Positions 48,962-58,863 of a stretch of DNA of 64,000 nt are shown here, piece by piece. Numbering within the stretch: the first letter of the stretch is position 1; the number at the start of each line of letters is the position of its first letter. The translations under genes were made by a program, and so were the position numbers. The stretch is from Patescibacteria group bacterium (lineage in GTDB: Bacteria > Patescibacteriota > Patescibacteriia > UBA2196), in contig JAQTPI010000002.1 of assembly GCA_028748975.1 (NCBI GenBank), positions 51,213-115,212 of the forward strand, written 5' to 3'. The notes below the pieces were generated by a model that saw only the letters and a list, made by a program, of their open reading frames with translations, made no database searches and was not told where the DNA came from.

Positions 48962-49828
48962 ATGAACAGTGAAGAATTTAAAAATCTCTATTCAATGCAA
49001 AGTTTGGATGAATCAATTACGCCGTTTACAAACAATGTTGGCTTTTCATTAATTCGCAAATATCCTGAAAATACAACCTATTTTAAAGACGGAAGAATGA
49101 TGTTTATTAAAGTTGCCATACTTGATGGAGGATTTTTTTACGGAGTGGATATGACTAAACCCGAAAAAAGAGGAGGAACAACCGATTATGTTATTGTTGA
49201 CGGAGAAGAATATAAGAAAAAAATTACAAATTTTTTTTCAAATGATAACGAATTTATATTTGATAATACGACTCAAAAAATAATTTATCAGCCGACAAAC
49301 AAAAGTTTTACGATGAACAAGTTTGTAGAAATTTTAGTAGCAAACCATCTTTCAGACAGACTATTCTTGAAGCGTATCTGGAACGAACTTGCTGATAGAA
49401 TTTTAAAATTTTTATTTTGGCTGTCAGATGCCCATTATGAACGAGCTCAGGTGATGATTGATAAATACGATTATGATAGGGGTGAAATTTTACCCCCAAA
49501 AGATGAAAAGAAAAATATTGAACCATTTTTTAAATATTTTTATATTTCAAAAAATATTTTGTTTTCAATTTTATTAATAACCTTTCCATCCGCCTTTTTT
49601 CTCGGTATTTATTGGGTACGCGGAGATTTTTCATTATCAAACCCAACTTTAGTTTTACTATTTTTTTTAATTTTATTTACATGCGAGAAATTGTCTATCT
49701 GGTTAGATAAAAAAATAAAAAAATTCCTTATACCACCAAAAGATCTCTTTACCGAGAAAAAAATAAACTTTATAGAAAAACTACACAATTATCAGTATCG
49801 AAACAATTTTCAGCTTAAAATAAACTAA
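48962..49828 (+). CDS. Hypothetical protein with two C-terminal TM helices (defence-island cargo)
   Basis: 288-aa AT-rich ORF. Confidence 0.6.
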   Translation: MNSEEFKNLYSMQSLDESITPFTNNVGFSLIRKYPENTTYFKDGRMMFIKVAILDGGFFYGVDMTKPEKRGGTTDYVIVDGEEYKKKITNFFSNDNEFIFDNTTQKIIYQPTNKSFTMNKFVEILVANHLSDRLFLKRIWNELADRILKFLFWLSDAHYERAQVMIDKYDYDRGEILPPKDEKKNIEPFFKYFYISKNILFSILLITFPSAFFLGIYWVRGDFSLSNPTLVLLFFLILFTCEKLSIWLDKKIKKFLIPPKDLFTEKKINFIEKLHNYQYRNNFQLKIN

Positions 49829-49890
49829 TTTATTTTAAAATTTTATTGGATGCTAAAGTTTTCAAAAAATAAAAATTTAAACAAGAAATT

Positions 49891-50559
49891 ATGAACGAAA
49901 AAATATATTATCATTTTTTATCTTCAAAAAATGCAATTGATGATCTTGAGCAAAAAAGAATAAAAATTAGTTTAATAGATGAATTGAACGATCCATTTGA
50001 ATTATTGCCATATCTAAGATATAAAGAAGCTAAAAAAAGAAAAACCTATCACAACATTCGTAAAATAGTTTCAAAAAAATATGGTCTCCTGTGTTTTTCA
50101 AAAAAATGGGAGGAACCGCTTTTATGGGGGCACTATGCTGATAAACATCGGGGAATAGCAATAGGTTTTGAAATTTTAAAAGATAAAATATTGAGAGTAA
50201 AATATAATACTGTACCAAAAAGAATAGAATTTGAACTGACAAAAAATCAAGAAAAAAATATAAAATTATTTCTTGATTTGGCTAAAACAAAATATAAAGT
50301 ATGGTCATATGAAGAGGAATACAGAATATTAGTAGAACTTAATAATCGTAATGATGGTCATTATTTCATTCAGTTTGGAGATAGACTAAAAGTAAAAGAA
50401 ATAGTTTTGGGCTGTAATTTTGATAAAAAAAAGTACAAGAAGATAAAAAAATTAGCAAATCGATTACACGCCAAAGTTATACCAACTAGACAAGGCTGGG
50501 AAGATTACAAAATACGCCAATGTGGAACGAAAACTAAAGAATTTCAAAATATAAAATAA
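49891..50559 (+). CDS. DUF2971-like protein
   Basis: LNDPFE, CFS, LLWGHYADKHRG, K...WSYEEEYR. Confidence 0.8.
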   Translation: MNEKIYYHFLSSKNAIDDLEQKRIKISLIDELNDPFELLPYLRYKEAKKRKTYHNIRKIVSKKYGLLCFSKKWEEPLLWGHYADKHRGIAIGFEILKDKILRVKYNTVPKRIEFELTKNQEKNIKLFLDLAKTKYKVWSYEEEYRILVELNNRNDGHYFIQFGDRLKVKEIVLGCNFDKKKYKKIKKLANRLHAKVIPTRQGWEDYKIRQCGTKTKEFQNIK

Positions 50560-50747
50560 TTTCCTCCGCCGCGCCGCGGAAAAAAACGGAGCAGAAAAAC
50601 GGAGCAGGGGATTGTCAAATTTAAAAATCAAAACCCCAAACCCTAATCCTTGGTTAATTTAGCTATAGCTAATTTAACCAAGGATTGAAAAACAGTAAAA
50701 TTAATAATGTTTGATTAATTCTGCTATAGCAAATTTAATCAAAGATT
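50558..50747. repeat. Cassette-boundary repeat, copy 1 (GC leader plus two 42-bp palindromes)
   Basis: Palindromes at 50645-50686 and 50706-50747, both centred on GCTATAGC. Confidence 0.85.
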
Positions 50748-50923
50748 GAAAAAATAAGCGGGGAGCAGACCTTTGTCAAAACTGGTTGCCCCGCTTTTTG
50801 TTTTGGGAGCTTATTTTTAAGTATAATCTAATTATAGACAAGTACAATACCCTTGTCAATTTTTTGTCAAGTCCAAATTTGACAAATTACCTTCACTGGA
50901 TGTATAATTAAGTTATCCACAAT

Positions 50924-51676
50924 ATGGCTATCCATAAAACCCAAACAAAGCTCCTGGAATTGGCCGAAAAACAAAATTTGGCTGGTTTAACTTTGCGCAA
51001 AATAGGGGAATTAATCGGCGAACCAAACAGCCCGCAAAAAATTAAACACCACCTCAACAAACTCTTTGAAAAGGGCTTATTAGTTAACAGTCTTGATAAC
51101 AAAAAAATAAGCAAAACTTCCACCGGCTTTAATTCCGAGATGAAATTAATTTCCTTGCCAATTTACGGCTCGGCCAACTGCGGCCAGGCTTTGGAATTGG
51201 CTGATGACAAAATTCAGGGCTATTTAAAAATTTCTCCCTCGATTCTAAAAGAAAAATTTAGAAAAAAAATAAAAGATTTGTATATTCTCAAAGCCATTGG
51301 CTATTCCATGAACCGCGCCAATATCAACAACAACAATATTGAACATGGTGATTATTTGATTATTGATAAAAGCCAAAATGTTCCCGAAGACAACGATTAT
51401 GTCGTTTCCGTCATCGATGGCGCGGCCAATATTAAAAAGTTTTATTCAGATAAAAAAAATCAAAGAATAATTTTAAAATCGGAATCAACTAATGATTTCG
51501 CGCCGATTTATATTCATGCCAACGATCTGGAACAATATGCGATTTGCGGCAAAGTCATTGATGTTTTAAAAGAACCCGAGGATTTTAATGACTGGCAAGA
51601 CGCCGGTTTGTCTGACACTTTGAAAGCGCTTGGTCCAATGAGCGATGAAGAACACAACTACTACATGAATTTATGA
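50924..51676 (+). CDS. LexA/S24-family repressor-autopeptidase with an acidic C-terminal extension
   Basis: N-terminal HTH, cleavage loop GSANCG, catalytic GYSM and IKK. Confidence 0.8.
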   Translation: MAIHKTQTKLLELAEKQNLAGLTLRKIGELIGEPNSPQKIKHHLNKLFEKGLLVNSLDNKKISKTSTGFNSEMKLISLPIYGSANCGQALELADDKIQGYLKISPSILKEKFRKKIKDLYILKAIGYSMNRANINNNNIEHGDYLIIDKSQNVPEDNDYVVSVIDGAANIKKFYSDKKNQRIILKSESTNDFAPIYIHANDLEQYAICGKVIDVLKEPEDFNDWQDAGLSDTLKALGPMSDEEHNYYMNL

Positions 51677-52011
51677 AACAAAAAGAAATTTGGATCGTTA
51701 AATATCCGGACGACGCGGCCGGCCATGAATATAAAAAAGAAAGGCCTGGTTTGATAATTGAATCTGACCAACAAATACAAAAAACCAACATCTTTACGGT
51801 GGTGCCTTTAACTTCCAATTTAAGCAACGTAACGGCCGACGATATTTTAATAAAAAAAGACCAGGAAAATAATCTTTTTGCCAATTCAGTTTTAAAAACA
51901 CACCACATCCAATCTTTTGATCGTTCTCGCTTTATCAAAGGAATTGGTAAAATTAACGAAAACACGTTGGAAAAAGTAAAAACATACCTCAAAAAACATT
52001 TCGATTTATAA
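51673..52011 (+). CDS. PemK/MazF-family endoribonuclease toxin
   Basis: GHEYKKERP, VVPLTS; ATGA overlap with the upstream gene. Confidence 0.85.
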   Translation: MKQKEIWIVKYPDDAAGHEYKKERPGLIIESDQQIQKTNIFTVVPLTSNLSNVTADDILIKKDQENNLFANSVLKTHHIQSFDRSRFIKGIGKINENTLEKVKTYLKKHFDL

Positions 52012-52096
52012 CCCTATTGCTTTTCTAAGTTGACTAACCATCATTTTTTTTATTCCCGGTTTAGTGCTAAAATTAAACCATCATAACCACCACAAA

Positions 52097-52283
52097 AATT
52101 TCCTCCGCCGCGCCGCGGAAAAAAACGGAGCAGAAAAAACAGAGCAGGGGATTAAAAAAATTAAAATAATTAAATCCCCAAATCCTTGGTTAATTTAGCT
52201 ATAGCTAATTTAACCAAGGATTGAAAAACAGTAAAATTAATAATGTTTGATTAAATTTGCTATAGCAGAATTAATCAAACATT
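52097..52283. repeat. Cassette-boundary repeat, copy 2
   Basis: Palindromes at 52181-52222 and 52242-52283. Confidence 0.85.
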
Positions 52284-52345
52284 AAAAATAACATAAAAAA
52301 ATCATATTCTCTAATTCGCGCGAATAGGCGAATAGTTAAAAAAAC

Positions 52346-52684
52346 ATGCAAAAATATCAAAAAATATTTTGGGCGATTATTATTCTTATAGCCGTGACCG
52401 CACCAATAATTGTTTTGGCACTCCAGCCACCAGGCGAAAGAGTGGCCGGAGTAACCATTTTACCCCAAGCCAAACACTCCTTTGCCTATATTTTTTCTAC
52501 CTATAAGATACATTTCTTCTTTTTAGTGATATTAGCTATTTTATTAATAACTCCCCTTGATTTTGTCAAAAGAGAAAAAGTTATTAAAATAATTTTTTTA
52601 AGCATCTTTCTAATTCTTCTTGTGCTGACCGGTAAGACTTTGTATACCGATATGACCATGCCCACTATTATAATTTATCAATAA
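52346..52684 (+). CDS. Small membrane protein (3 TM)
   Basis: Hydrophobic ORF between repeat copies 2 and 3. Confidence 0.6.
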   Translation: MQKYQKIFWAIIILIAVTAPIIVLALQPPGERVAGVTILPQAKHSFAYIFSTYKIHFFFLVILAILLITPLDFVKREKVIKIIFLSIFLILLVLTGKTLYTDMTMPTIIIYQ

Positions 52685-52686
52685 GT

Positions 52687-52811
52687 ATTTCCTCCGCTGC
52701 GGCGCGGCGCAAAAAAACGAAAAAAAAACGGAGCAGGGGACTAAAAAAATTAAAATAATCCAAAACCCTAATCCTTGGTTAATTTAGCTATAGCTAAATT
52801 AACCAAGGATT
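52687..52811. repeat. Cassette-boundary repeat, copy 3 (one perfect palindrome)
   Basis: AATCCTTGGTTAATTTAGCTA|TAGCTAAATTAACCAAGGATT at 52770-52811. Confidence 0.85.
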
Positions 52812-52821
52812 TAAAAAATAT

Positions 52822-53694
52822 ATGAAAAAAACCATTCTCTATTCTGTTTTGGCTCTGGTCATAATCGTTTTAATTATCGGGGCTATTCGCTTTTTAACGC
52901 CGGAAGACACCTGGCTTTGCCAAAAAGGCGAGTGGGTGAAACATGGCAATCCCTCCGCGGCGGCGCCCACCACCGGTTGCGGCGAAGCAAAAGCTTGCAC
53001 CACGGAAGCAAAAGTTTGTCCGGATGGTTCGGCTGTGGGACGAACCGGCCCCAATTGCGAATTTTCGCCTTGTCCCGGGGAAAAATCAGTGACTTTTTTC
53101 TGCGATAACAATAGAAAAATTCAGGCCAAATTCTATTTGCCGCAGGACACCTATGTTGATTTGGTTTTAAGCGACGGCCGCAGTTTACAATTGCCGCACG
53201 CCATTTCGGCAAGCGGCGCCCGCTATGCCAATGCTGACGAAAGTCTGGTTTTTTGGAACAAAGGCGACACTGCTTTTCTGACCGAAAATGCCACTACCAC
53301 CTTTGCCAATTGCGTGCTTTACACCGACAATAACACCGGTCTGGCCAACCCCGCCTCGGTCAATTGCACGGCCAAGGGCGGCACACTCAAAATTCAAAAG
53401 AACAGCAAGGGCGGCGAATACGGAGTTTGTTTTTTTGAAGATAATCGCCAATGCGAAGAGTGGGCGCTCTTGCGCGGACAATGTCCGGTGGGCGGATTAA
53501 AAGTCACTGGCTATCAAACCGACGCGCAGATCTATTGCGCTATTACCGGTGGCACTGTTGAAGGCATGGACTCGCCGGTTCCGATGTGCAAAAGAATTGA
53601 CGGAACATATTGCAACGCCGAATCTAATTTTAATGGCGACTGCCCAGACCCCAATGACCCCAACCCCAGCGCCGGCAATGTGGAAGCGCCATAA
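52822..53694 (+). CDS. Cys-rich surface protein with MliC-like and DUF333-like domains
   Basis: N-terminal TM; CTTEAKVCPDG; ISASGARY...FWNKG (MliC/PliC motif); ANPASVNC...CEEW (DUF333). Confidence 0.75.
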   Translation: MKKTILYSVLALVIIVLIIGAIRFLTPEDTWLCQKGEWVKHGNPSAAAPTTGCGEAKACTTEAKVCPDGSAVGRTGPNCEFSPCPGEKSVTFFCDNNRKIQAKFYLPQDTYVDLVLSDGRSLQLPHAISASGARYANADESLVFWNKGDTAFLTENATTTFANCVLYTDNNTGLANPASVNCTAKGGTLKIQKNSKGGEYGVCFFEDNRQCEEWALLRGQCPVGGLKVTGYQTDAQIYCAITGGTVEGMDSPVPMCKRIDGTYCNAESNFNGDCPDPNDPNPSAGNVEAP

Positions 53695-53845
53695 ATAAAA
53701 TTTTAAAAAACTTTTAAAACGGGAAATTAAAAATAAAATCTGCGTTTTTTAGAATCCGCCCTGGTTTTAAGCCGGAGCGGATTTTTTGTTTTGACTTTGT
53801 CGCCTAAAAGCGGGATAATAAAAGTATAAATTAAAAAATAAACCT

Positions 53846-55081
53846 ATGAAAAAACTCCTAATTATTATTGGCATTGTGGTTGTGGTGATTGGCGCGGCCG
53901 GATTTTTTGTCCTGCCTAAAATAGCCGGTCAAAGACAGGGCGGTCCAGGGCAGGGCGGATCTCCTTGTGCTGTCGCGGCAGGCGAATGGGTGCCCCAAAG
54001 AGGCGAATGCCCGGGTACGGGCGTGGAAATGAGGACGAAATGCAACGAATTCTGCGAAAAACATCCGGATTGCTGCGGTGAAAGAAATGAAAACGCCGGT
54101 GGAAGTTTTGGCGGACGGGAAGAAATTTTGCCCCTGCCAGCTGATAAAGTTATTTCAAGATTGAAAAGAAATTATCCGGCAACAATTAAAGCGCTGAATG
54201 AGGGCCCAAATATTTATACCCGCGAAGGTCCCGCGGAAATTTTCAGTGAGGAAAAGCTGGAAAAAATAAAAGCGATCGGCTTTAATACCATTCAGGTTTT
54301 ATTAATTGGCAAAAAAGAAAATGGCCAACTCGTTTTCAACGAAGTCAATAACGCCGTCCTACTGAATGACATCGTGGCCATAAAGAAACAGGGTTTGGCG
54401 GTCTGGGTGGCGCTGGACATTGCCGGCGTGCCGGCGAACATGGGCGTGGGCAATAGTTTGGGAGATTATGAAATTTTTAAGGCGTCTTTTTTGGAATTTA
54501 CAAAAAAATCCGCTGAATTGATGGAGCAATACAAGGTGGAATATTTTACTCCCAACAATGAACCGGACAAGCCCTTTAAAGAGCAAAAAAATTGGAGCGC
54601 AACCGAGGTTAATAATAATTTGGCTGATTTTCTTCCGGCTACCAATGCCGCGGCGCGTGAAAAATTCAGCGGCAAACTGATTAATAAAATTACCCAGGCG
54701 GAGCATCACGCCCAAAAAGTGATTGATGCTTCTTTTCAAAACGTGGACATTGCCGGAGTTGATGTCGGCCCAGCCATGGATGAACATACAAACCTGACCA
54801 GGTACAAAGAAGAATTTGAATCTTACCAATATTATGCCACTCTGGCGGAAAAAGCCGGCGTGCCCTGGATGAACGCGGAATACTGGCAGGGAGATTTTGA
54901 TTCGGGTTACAGTAATTTTGCCAAAAACAATGAATTGGAATATTCAAAAATTTCTTTTGATGCCTATTTGAAAGTCGTGCCCAAGGGAAAGGGTTATGTT
55001 TGGAATGACATCAGGACATTTTCTCTGCCGCAAGGCGAAGAGACCAAAAATGCTTTAACTGAATTTTTTAACAAAATATAA
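53846..55081 (+). CDS. Membrane-anchored TIM-barrel glycoside hydrolase-like protein
   Basis: N-terminal TM, Cys-rich linker, GFNTI, NNEPD, AEY. Confidence 0.5.
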   Translation: MKKLLIIIGIVVVVIGAAGFFVLPKIAGQRQGGPGQGGSPCAVAAGEWVPQRGECPGTGVEMRTKCNEFCEKHPDCCGERNENAGGSFGGREEILPLPADKVISRLKRNYPATIKALNEGPNIYTREGPAEIFSEEKLEKIKAIGFNTIQVLLIGKKENGQLVFNEVNNAVLLNDIVAIKKQGLAVWVALDIAGVPANMGVGNSLGDYEIFKASFLEFTKKSAELMEQYKVEYFTPNNEPDKPFKEQKNWSATEVNNNLADFLPATNAAAREKFSGKLINKITQAEHHAQKVIDASFQNVDIAGVDVGPAMDEHTNLTRYKEEFESYQYYATLAEKAGVPWMNAEYWQGDFDSGYSNFAKNNELEYSKISFDAYLKVVPKGKGYVWNDIRTFSLPQGEETKNALTEFFNKI

Positions 55082-55084
55082 ATT

Positions 55085-55561
55085 ATGTACGCGTTATTAA
55101 TAATTGGGGCAGTACTTATGATTTTGGGAATTATCGGCAGTGTCATGCCCGCCATGCCCGGGCCGATTTTGGGTTTCTTAGGAATTATTTTTTTGCATTA
55201 TGGTAAACCAGACTCCGTTTCCATTTCTTCCTTAATAGTTTTCGGTTCCATCGTGGTGTTTTTACTTTTAATTGATTATTTTGTTCCTATCTTCGGCGCG
55301 AAATTTTCCGGCGCATCCAAAAGGGGGCTGTTCGGAGCATTTTTGGGAAGTTTAATCGGTCTCGTCTACTTTCCGCCACTGGGAATTTTTGTCGGCGCAT
55401 TCCTGGGCGCGGTGGCGGGAGAATTAATCGGCGGTAAAAAGGGGCCGCAGGCACTCAAAGCCGGAGTTGGAACTTTGGTTGGCAGCGCGTCCATGATAAT
55501 TTTGCAGACGATTTTTTCCCTGTTTTTGGCAGTTTATTTTTTTATTAAATTATTCAGTTAA
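55085..55561 (+). CDS. DUF456-family membrane protein
   Basis: [22 protein letters not shown]. Confidence 0.8.
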   Translation: MYALLIIGAVLMILGIIGSVMPAMPGPILGFLGIIFLHYGKPDSVSISSLIVFGSIVVFLLLIDYFVPIFGAKFSGASKRGLFGAFLGSLIGLVYFPPLGIFVGAFLGAVAGELIGGKKGPQALKAGVGTLVGSASMIILQTIFSLFLAVYFFIKLFS

Positions 55562-55572
55562 AAATTAGCTAT

Positions 55573-56502
55573 ATGGCAAAAATATTAATTACCGGCGGGG
55601 CGGGATTTATCGGCGCGCACCTCTGCCAAAAATTATTAACTCAAGGCAACGAAATTATCTGCCTTGATAATTTTTTTACCGGCAATAAAAATAATGTCGC
55701 CGAACTATTAAGTAATCCAAATTTCAAATTAGTGGAGCATGATGTGGAAGAATCATATAATTTTGAAGTTGACCAAATTTATAATTTGGCTTGTCCGGCC
55801 GCGCCCATCTGGTACCAAAAGGATCCGGTCAAGACAGTCCGGACAAATATTATGGGCGCCATTAACGCTTTGGAGCTGGCGAAAAAAATCGGCTGCCGGG
55901 TTTTACAGGCTTCCACTTCCGAGGTTTATGGCGACCCTTTGGTTCATCCCCAAAATGAAAAATATTGGGGCAATGTCAATCCGATTGGTCGGCGCGCCTG
56001 CTATGATGAAGGCAAAAGATGCGCCGAAACATTATTTTTTGATTATTATCGCGAATATGGAATTGATATAAAAGTAGTCAGAATTTTTAATACTTATGGC
56101 CCGAAAATGGCGGTGGAAGACGGCCGGGTCATTTCCAGTTTTATTGTGCAGGCGCTGCAAAATAAAGATTTATTGGTTTTTGGCGAAGGCAAGCAAACCA
56201 GAAGTCCTTGCTTTGTGGCAGATACGGTTGACGGCCTTGTGGCCATGATGGCGAGCGAAAATTTTGTCGGCCCGGTAAATATTGGCAAGGATGATGAATA
56301 TACGATTAAAGAACTGGCGGAAAAAATAATTCAATTAACTGACAGTAAATCAAAAATTGTTTTTAAACCCCTACCGGAAGATGATCCAATCAGGCGTCGG
56401 CCGGATTTGAATTTAGCTAAAGAAAAATTAAATTGGTCGCCACAAATCAGTTTGGAGGAAGGATTGTTAAAAACAACCGAGTATTTTAAAAAGGTTTTAT
56501 AA
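55573..56502 (+). CDS. UDP-glucuronate decarboxylase (UXS) family SDR
   Basis: [45 protein letters not shown]. Confidence 0.9.
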   Translation: MAKILITGGAGFIGAHLCQKLLTQGNEIICLDNFFTGNKNNVAELLSNPNFKLVEHDVEESYNFEVDQIYNLACPAAPIWYQKDPVKTVRTNIMGAINALELAKKIGCRVLQASTSEVYGDPLVHPQNEKYWGNVNPIGRRACYDEGKRCAETLFFDYYREYGIDIKVVRIFNTYGPKMAVEDGRVISSFIVQALQNKDLLVFGEGKQTRSPCFVADTVDGLVAMMASENFVGPVNIGKDDEYTIKELAEKIIQLTDSKSKIVFKPLPEDDPIRRRPDLNLAKEKLNWSPQISLEEGLLKTTEYFKKVL

Positions 56503-56505
56503 ATT

Positions 56506-58326
56506 ATGCCAAAATGGATTTTGAAAGAAAAATACACTTCCGAATTTGCGGAAAAACTGCCGGGATACTCCCCGGTGGTTTGGCAATTGTTATATGACCG
56601 CGGATTAGATAATCAGGAAAAAATCGACGAATTTTTCAATCCTGACTATTTGAGTGATATTCACGACCCATTCCTGTTTAAAGACGCTAAAAAGGCCTCT
56701 AAATGCGTTTTAGAGGCCATTGAAAAGCAGGAAAGTATCCTTGTTTTCGGCGATTATGACGCTGACGGCGTTACCGCCAGTGTTGTTATGGAAAAAACTT
56801 TGCGCAAGCTGGGCGCCCAAAATGTTGATGTTTTTATCCCGCACCGCGAATTGGACGGCTATGGCCTAAATTTGGAAAAAGCAGAAGAGTTGGCCAAAGA
56901 AAAAAAATATAATTTAATCATTACAGTTGACTGTGGTATTACCAATTTTGAGGCGATAGAAAAATTAAATTCCGCGGGGATTGATACGATTGTCACCGAC
57001 CATCATTTGGCCACCGAAAAACTGCCACCGGCTTTTGCCATTCTTAACCCGTCAGTGGAAAGTGAAATTTATCCTTTTAAAAAATTGGCTGGCGTGGGCG
57101 TGGCATTCAAATTGGCGCAAGCGCTGTTTCGGGAGAAACAAGAAAAACAAGAAAAAAGTGAAAAACAAGAAAAGGGGAAAAAAGAAAAAAAGGAATTACA
57201 TAGTTACGAAGCTTTTGAAAAATGGCTTTTGGATTTGGTCACGCTCGGCACTATCGGTGATGTGTCACCGATTCTGGGCGAGAACCGCACCCTGGTAACC
57301 TATGGCCTGAAAGTTTTAAACAAAACTCCGCGCAAAGGTTTGCAGGAATTAATCCGCGTTTCCAGTTTGTCCGATGGCGAAGAATTAAAAAATCTTCCGC
57401 TCGGCGCGGATTTGTATGATTTAAATATCAGAAATATTTCTTTTCAACTTGTTCCGCGCATCAATGCTGCCGGCCGAATTGACCATGCTTCCTTGGCGTT
57501 GGAATTATTATCTACCGAAGATGAAATTGAAGCTATTGCCTTGGCGCGCGACATTCAGGAAAAAAATTTACAGCGCCAAAAAATTGTGGAAGTTGCCATG
57601 AAAGAAGCCAAAGAAATTTTGGGCGAAGTTACGGACGATAAAAAAATTCTCATTGCGGCGAGCGCCAATTGGCCAGTGGGCATTGTCGGTTTGATTTCCG
57701 GCAAATTAATGGATGAATTTGCCCGGCCGGTAATTTTGATGAATCAGGACGGTGAAAATTATGCCGGTTCCGCGCGCAGTATTGCTGAATTTAATATTAC
57801 CGAGGCTTTAGGCGAATGCGGCGAATTTTTAGAAAGATTTGGCGGCCATGCCAAAGCTGCCGGATTTGGCATCAAAGGCAAAAAGAATTATAATAAATTC
57901 ATTGCCAAAATGGAGGCGTTGGCAGAGGAAAAATTAAAAGACGTGGAACTTACGCCGACGATTGAAATTGACACGGAAATTAAATTTTCAGATTTGAATT
58001 GGGAACTTTGGGATGAAATTAAAAAATTTGAACCCTTTGCCGAAGCCAACCCCTTGCCATTATTTTTGGTAAAAAATTTGAAAGTGGAAAGCGTAGAAGA
58101 AATGGGCAAAAACGGCGGGCACCTGCGTTTTTATTTTTCTGACGGTGCTCTGGCGCATAAAGCCATTTCTTTTGGCACGGCCGTTGAGTGGAAAGATAAA
58201 ATTAAAAGCGGCGACATAATTGACGCTGTGATGGAATTCGGAATAAATGAGTGGAATGGCAACAGGGAATTGCAGTTTAAACTGGTGGACTTTAAGCCGG
58301 AGGGTTGTCATCCCGAGAAGGCCTGA
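56506..58326 (+). CDS. recJ: ssDNA exonuclease RecJ
   Basis: GDYDADG, TVDCG, TDHH, PRINAAGR, GSARS, GGH..AAG. Confidence 0.95.
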   Translation: MPKWILKEKYTSEFAEKLPGYSPVVWQLLYDRGLDNQEKIDEFFNPDYLSDIHDPFLFKDAKKASKCVLEAIEKQESILVFGDYDADGVTASVVMEKTLRKLGAQNVDVFIPHRELDGYGLNLEKAEELAKEKKYNLIITVDCGITNFEAIEKLNSAGIDTIVTDHHLATEKLPPAFAILNPSVESEIYPFKKLAGVGVAFKLAQALFREKQEKQEKSEKQEKGKKEKKELHSYEAFEKWLLDLVTLGTIGDVSPILGENRTLVTYGLKVLNKTPRKGLQELIRVSSLSDGEELKNLPLGADLYDLNIRNISFQLVPRINAAGRIDHASLALELLSTEDEIEAIALARDIQEKNLQRQKIVEVAMKEAKEILGEVTDDKKILIAASANWPVGIVGLISGKLMDEFARPVILMNQDGENYAGSARSIAEFNITEALGECGEFLERFGGHAKAAGFGIKGKKNYNKFIAKMEALAEEKLKDVELTPTIEIDTEIKFSDLNWELWDEIKKFEPFAEANPLPLFLVKNLKVESVEEMGKNGGHLRFYFSDGALAHKAISFGTAVEWKDKIKSGDIIDAVMEFGINEWNGNRELQFKLVDFKPEGCHPEKA

Positions 58327-58440
58327 TAACAATCAGGCCGACGAGGGATCTCGCGGATGACAATTAAATTATAATAAAATTAATTTGTGGCATAAGCTAC
58401 GAGATTCCTCGTCGCTCTCGCTCCTCGGAATGACAATCAC

Positions 58441-58863
58441 ATGAGTAATATAAAAAAACTAATCATCTTTACCGATGGCGGCGCGCGCAATAACCCAGGG
58501 CCAGCCGGCATCGGCGTGGTCATCTGTGATGGCGCTGATGAACATAAAGTCCTCGCCACCCACAAGAAATACATTGGTGAAACCACCAATAACCAGGCCG
58601 AATACAAAGCCGTGGTTTTGGGCTTGGAGGAAGCCAAACAAATGAAAGCGGAAGAGGTGGAAGTGCGCTTGGATTCAGAACTTGTTTGCCAGCAAATCAA
58701 TGGCGAATATAAACTCAAAAATAAGGATTTTCAAGAGAGTTTCATTAAAATTTGGAATCTGCGCCAGAGCTTTAAAAAAGCGACTTTCAAACATATTTTA
58801 CGCGAGAAAAACAGATTGGCGGATAAATTGGTGAATCAGGCGATTGATGGAAGAAGTGAATAG
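58441..58863 (+). CDS. rnhA: Ribonuclease HI-family protein
   Basis: DGGARNNPG, TNNQAEY, DSELV, N..AD. Confidence 0.88.
   Translation: MSNIKKLIIFTDGGARNNPGPAGIGVVICDGADEHKVLATHKKYIGETTNNQAEYKAVVLGLEEAKQMKAEEVEVRLDSELVCQQINGEYKLKNKDFQESFIKIWNLRQSFKKATFKHILREKNRLADKLVNQAIDGRSE

Noticed and set aside
13247-50921. Replication origin suggested by DnaA-box matches at about 13247, 37482 and 50913
   Set aside because: The boxes are isolated single copies, dnaA is absent and gene strand bias does not switch
50645-52811. Canonical integron attC sites or CRISPR repeats
   Set aside because: GTT precedes AAC, the opposite of attC order; there are no extrahelical bases or loop and no intI; the 19-bp spacer is identical in both copies
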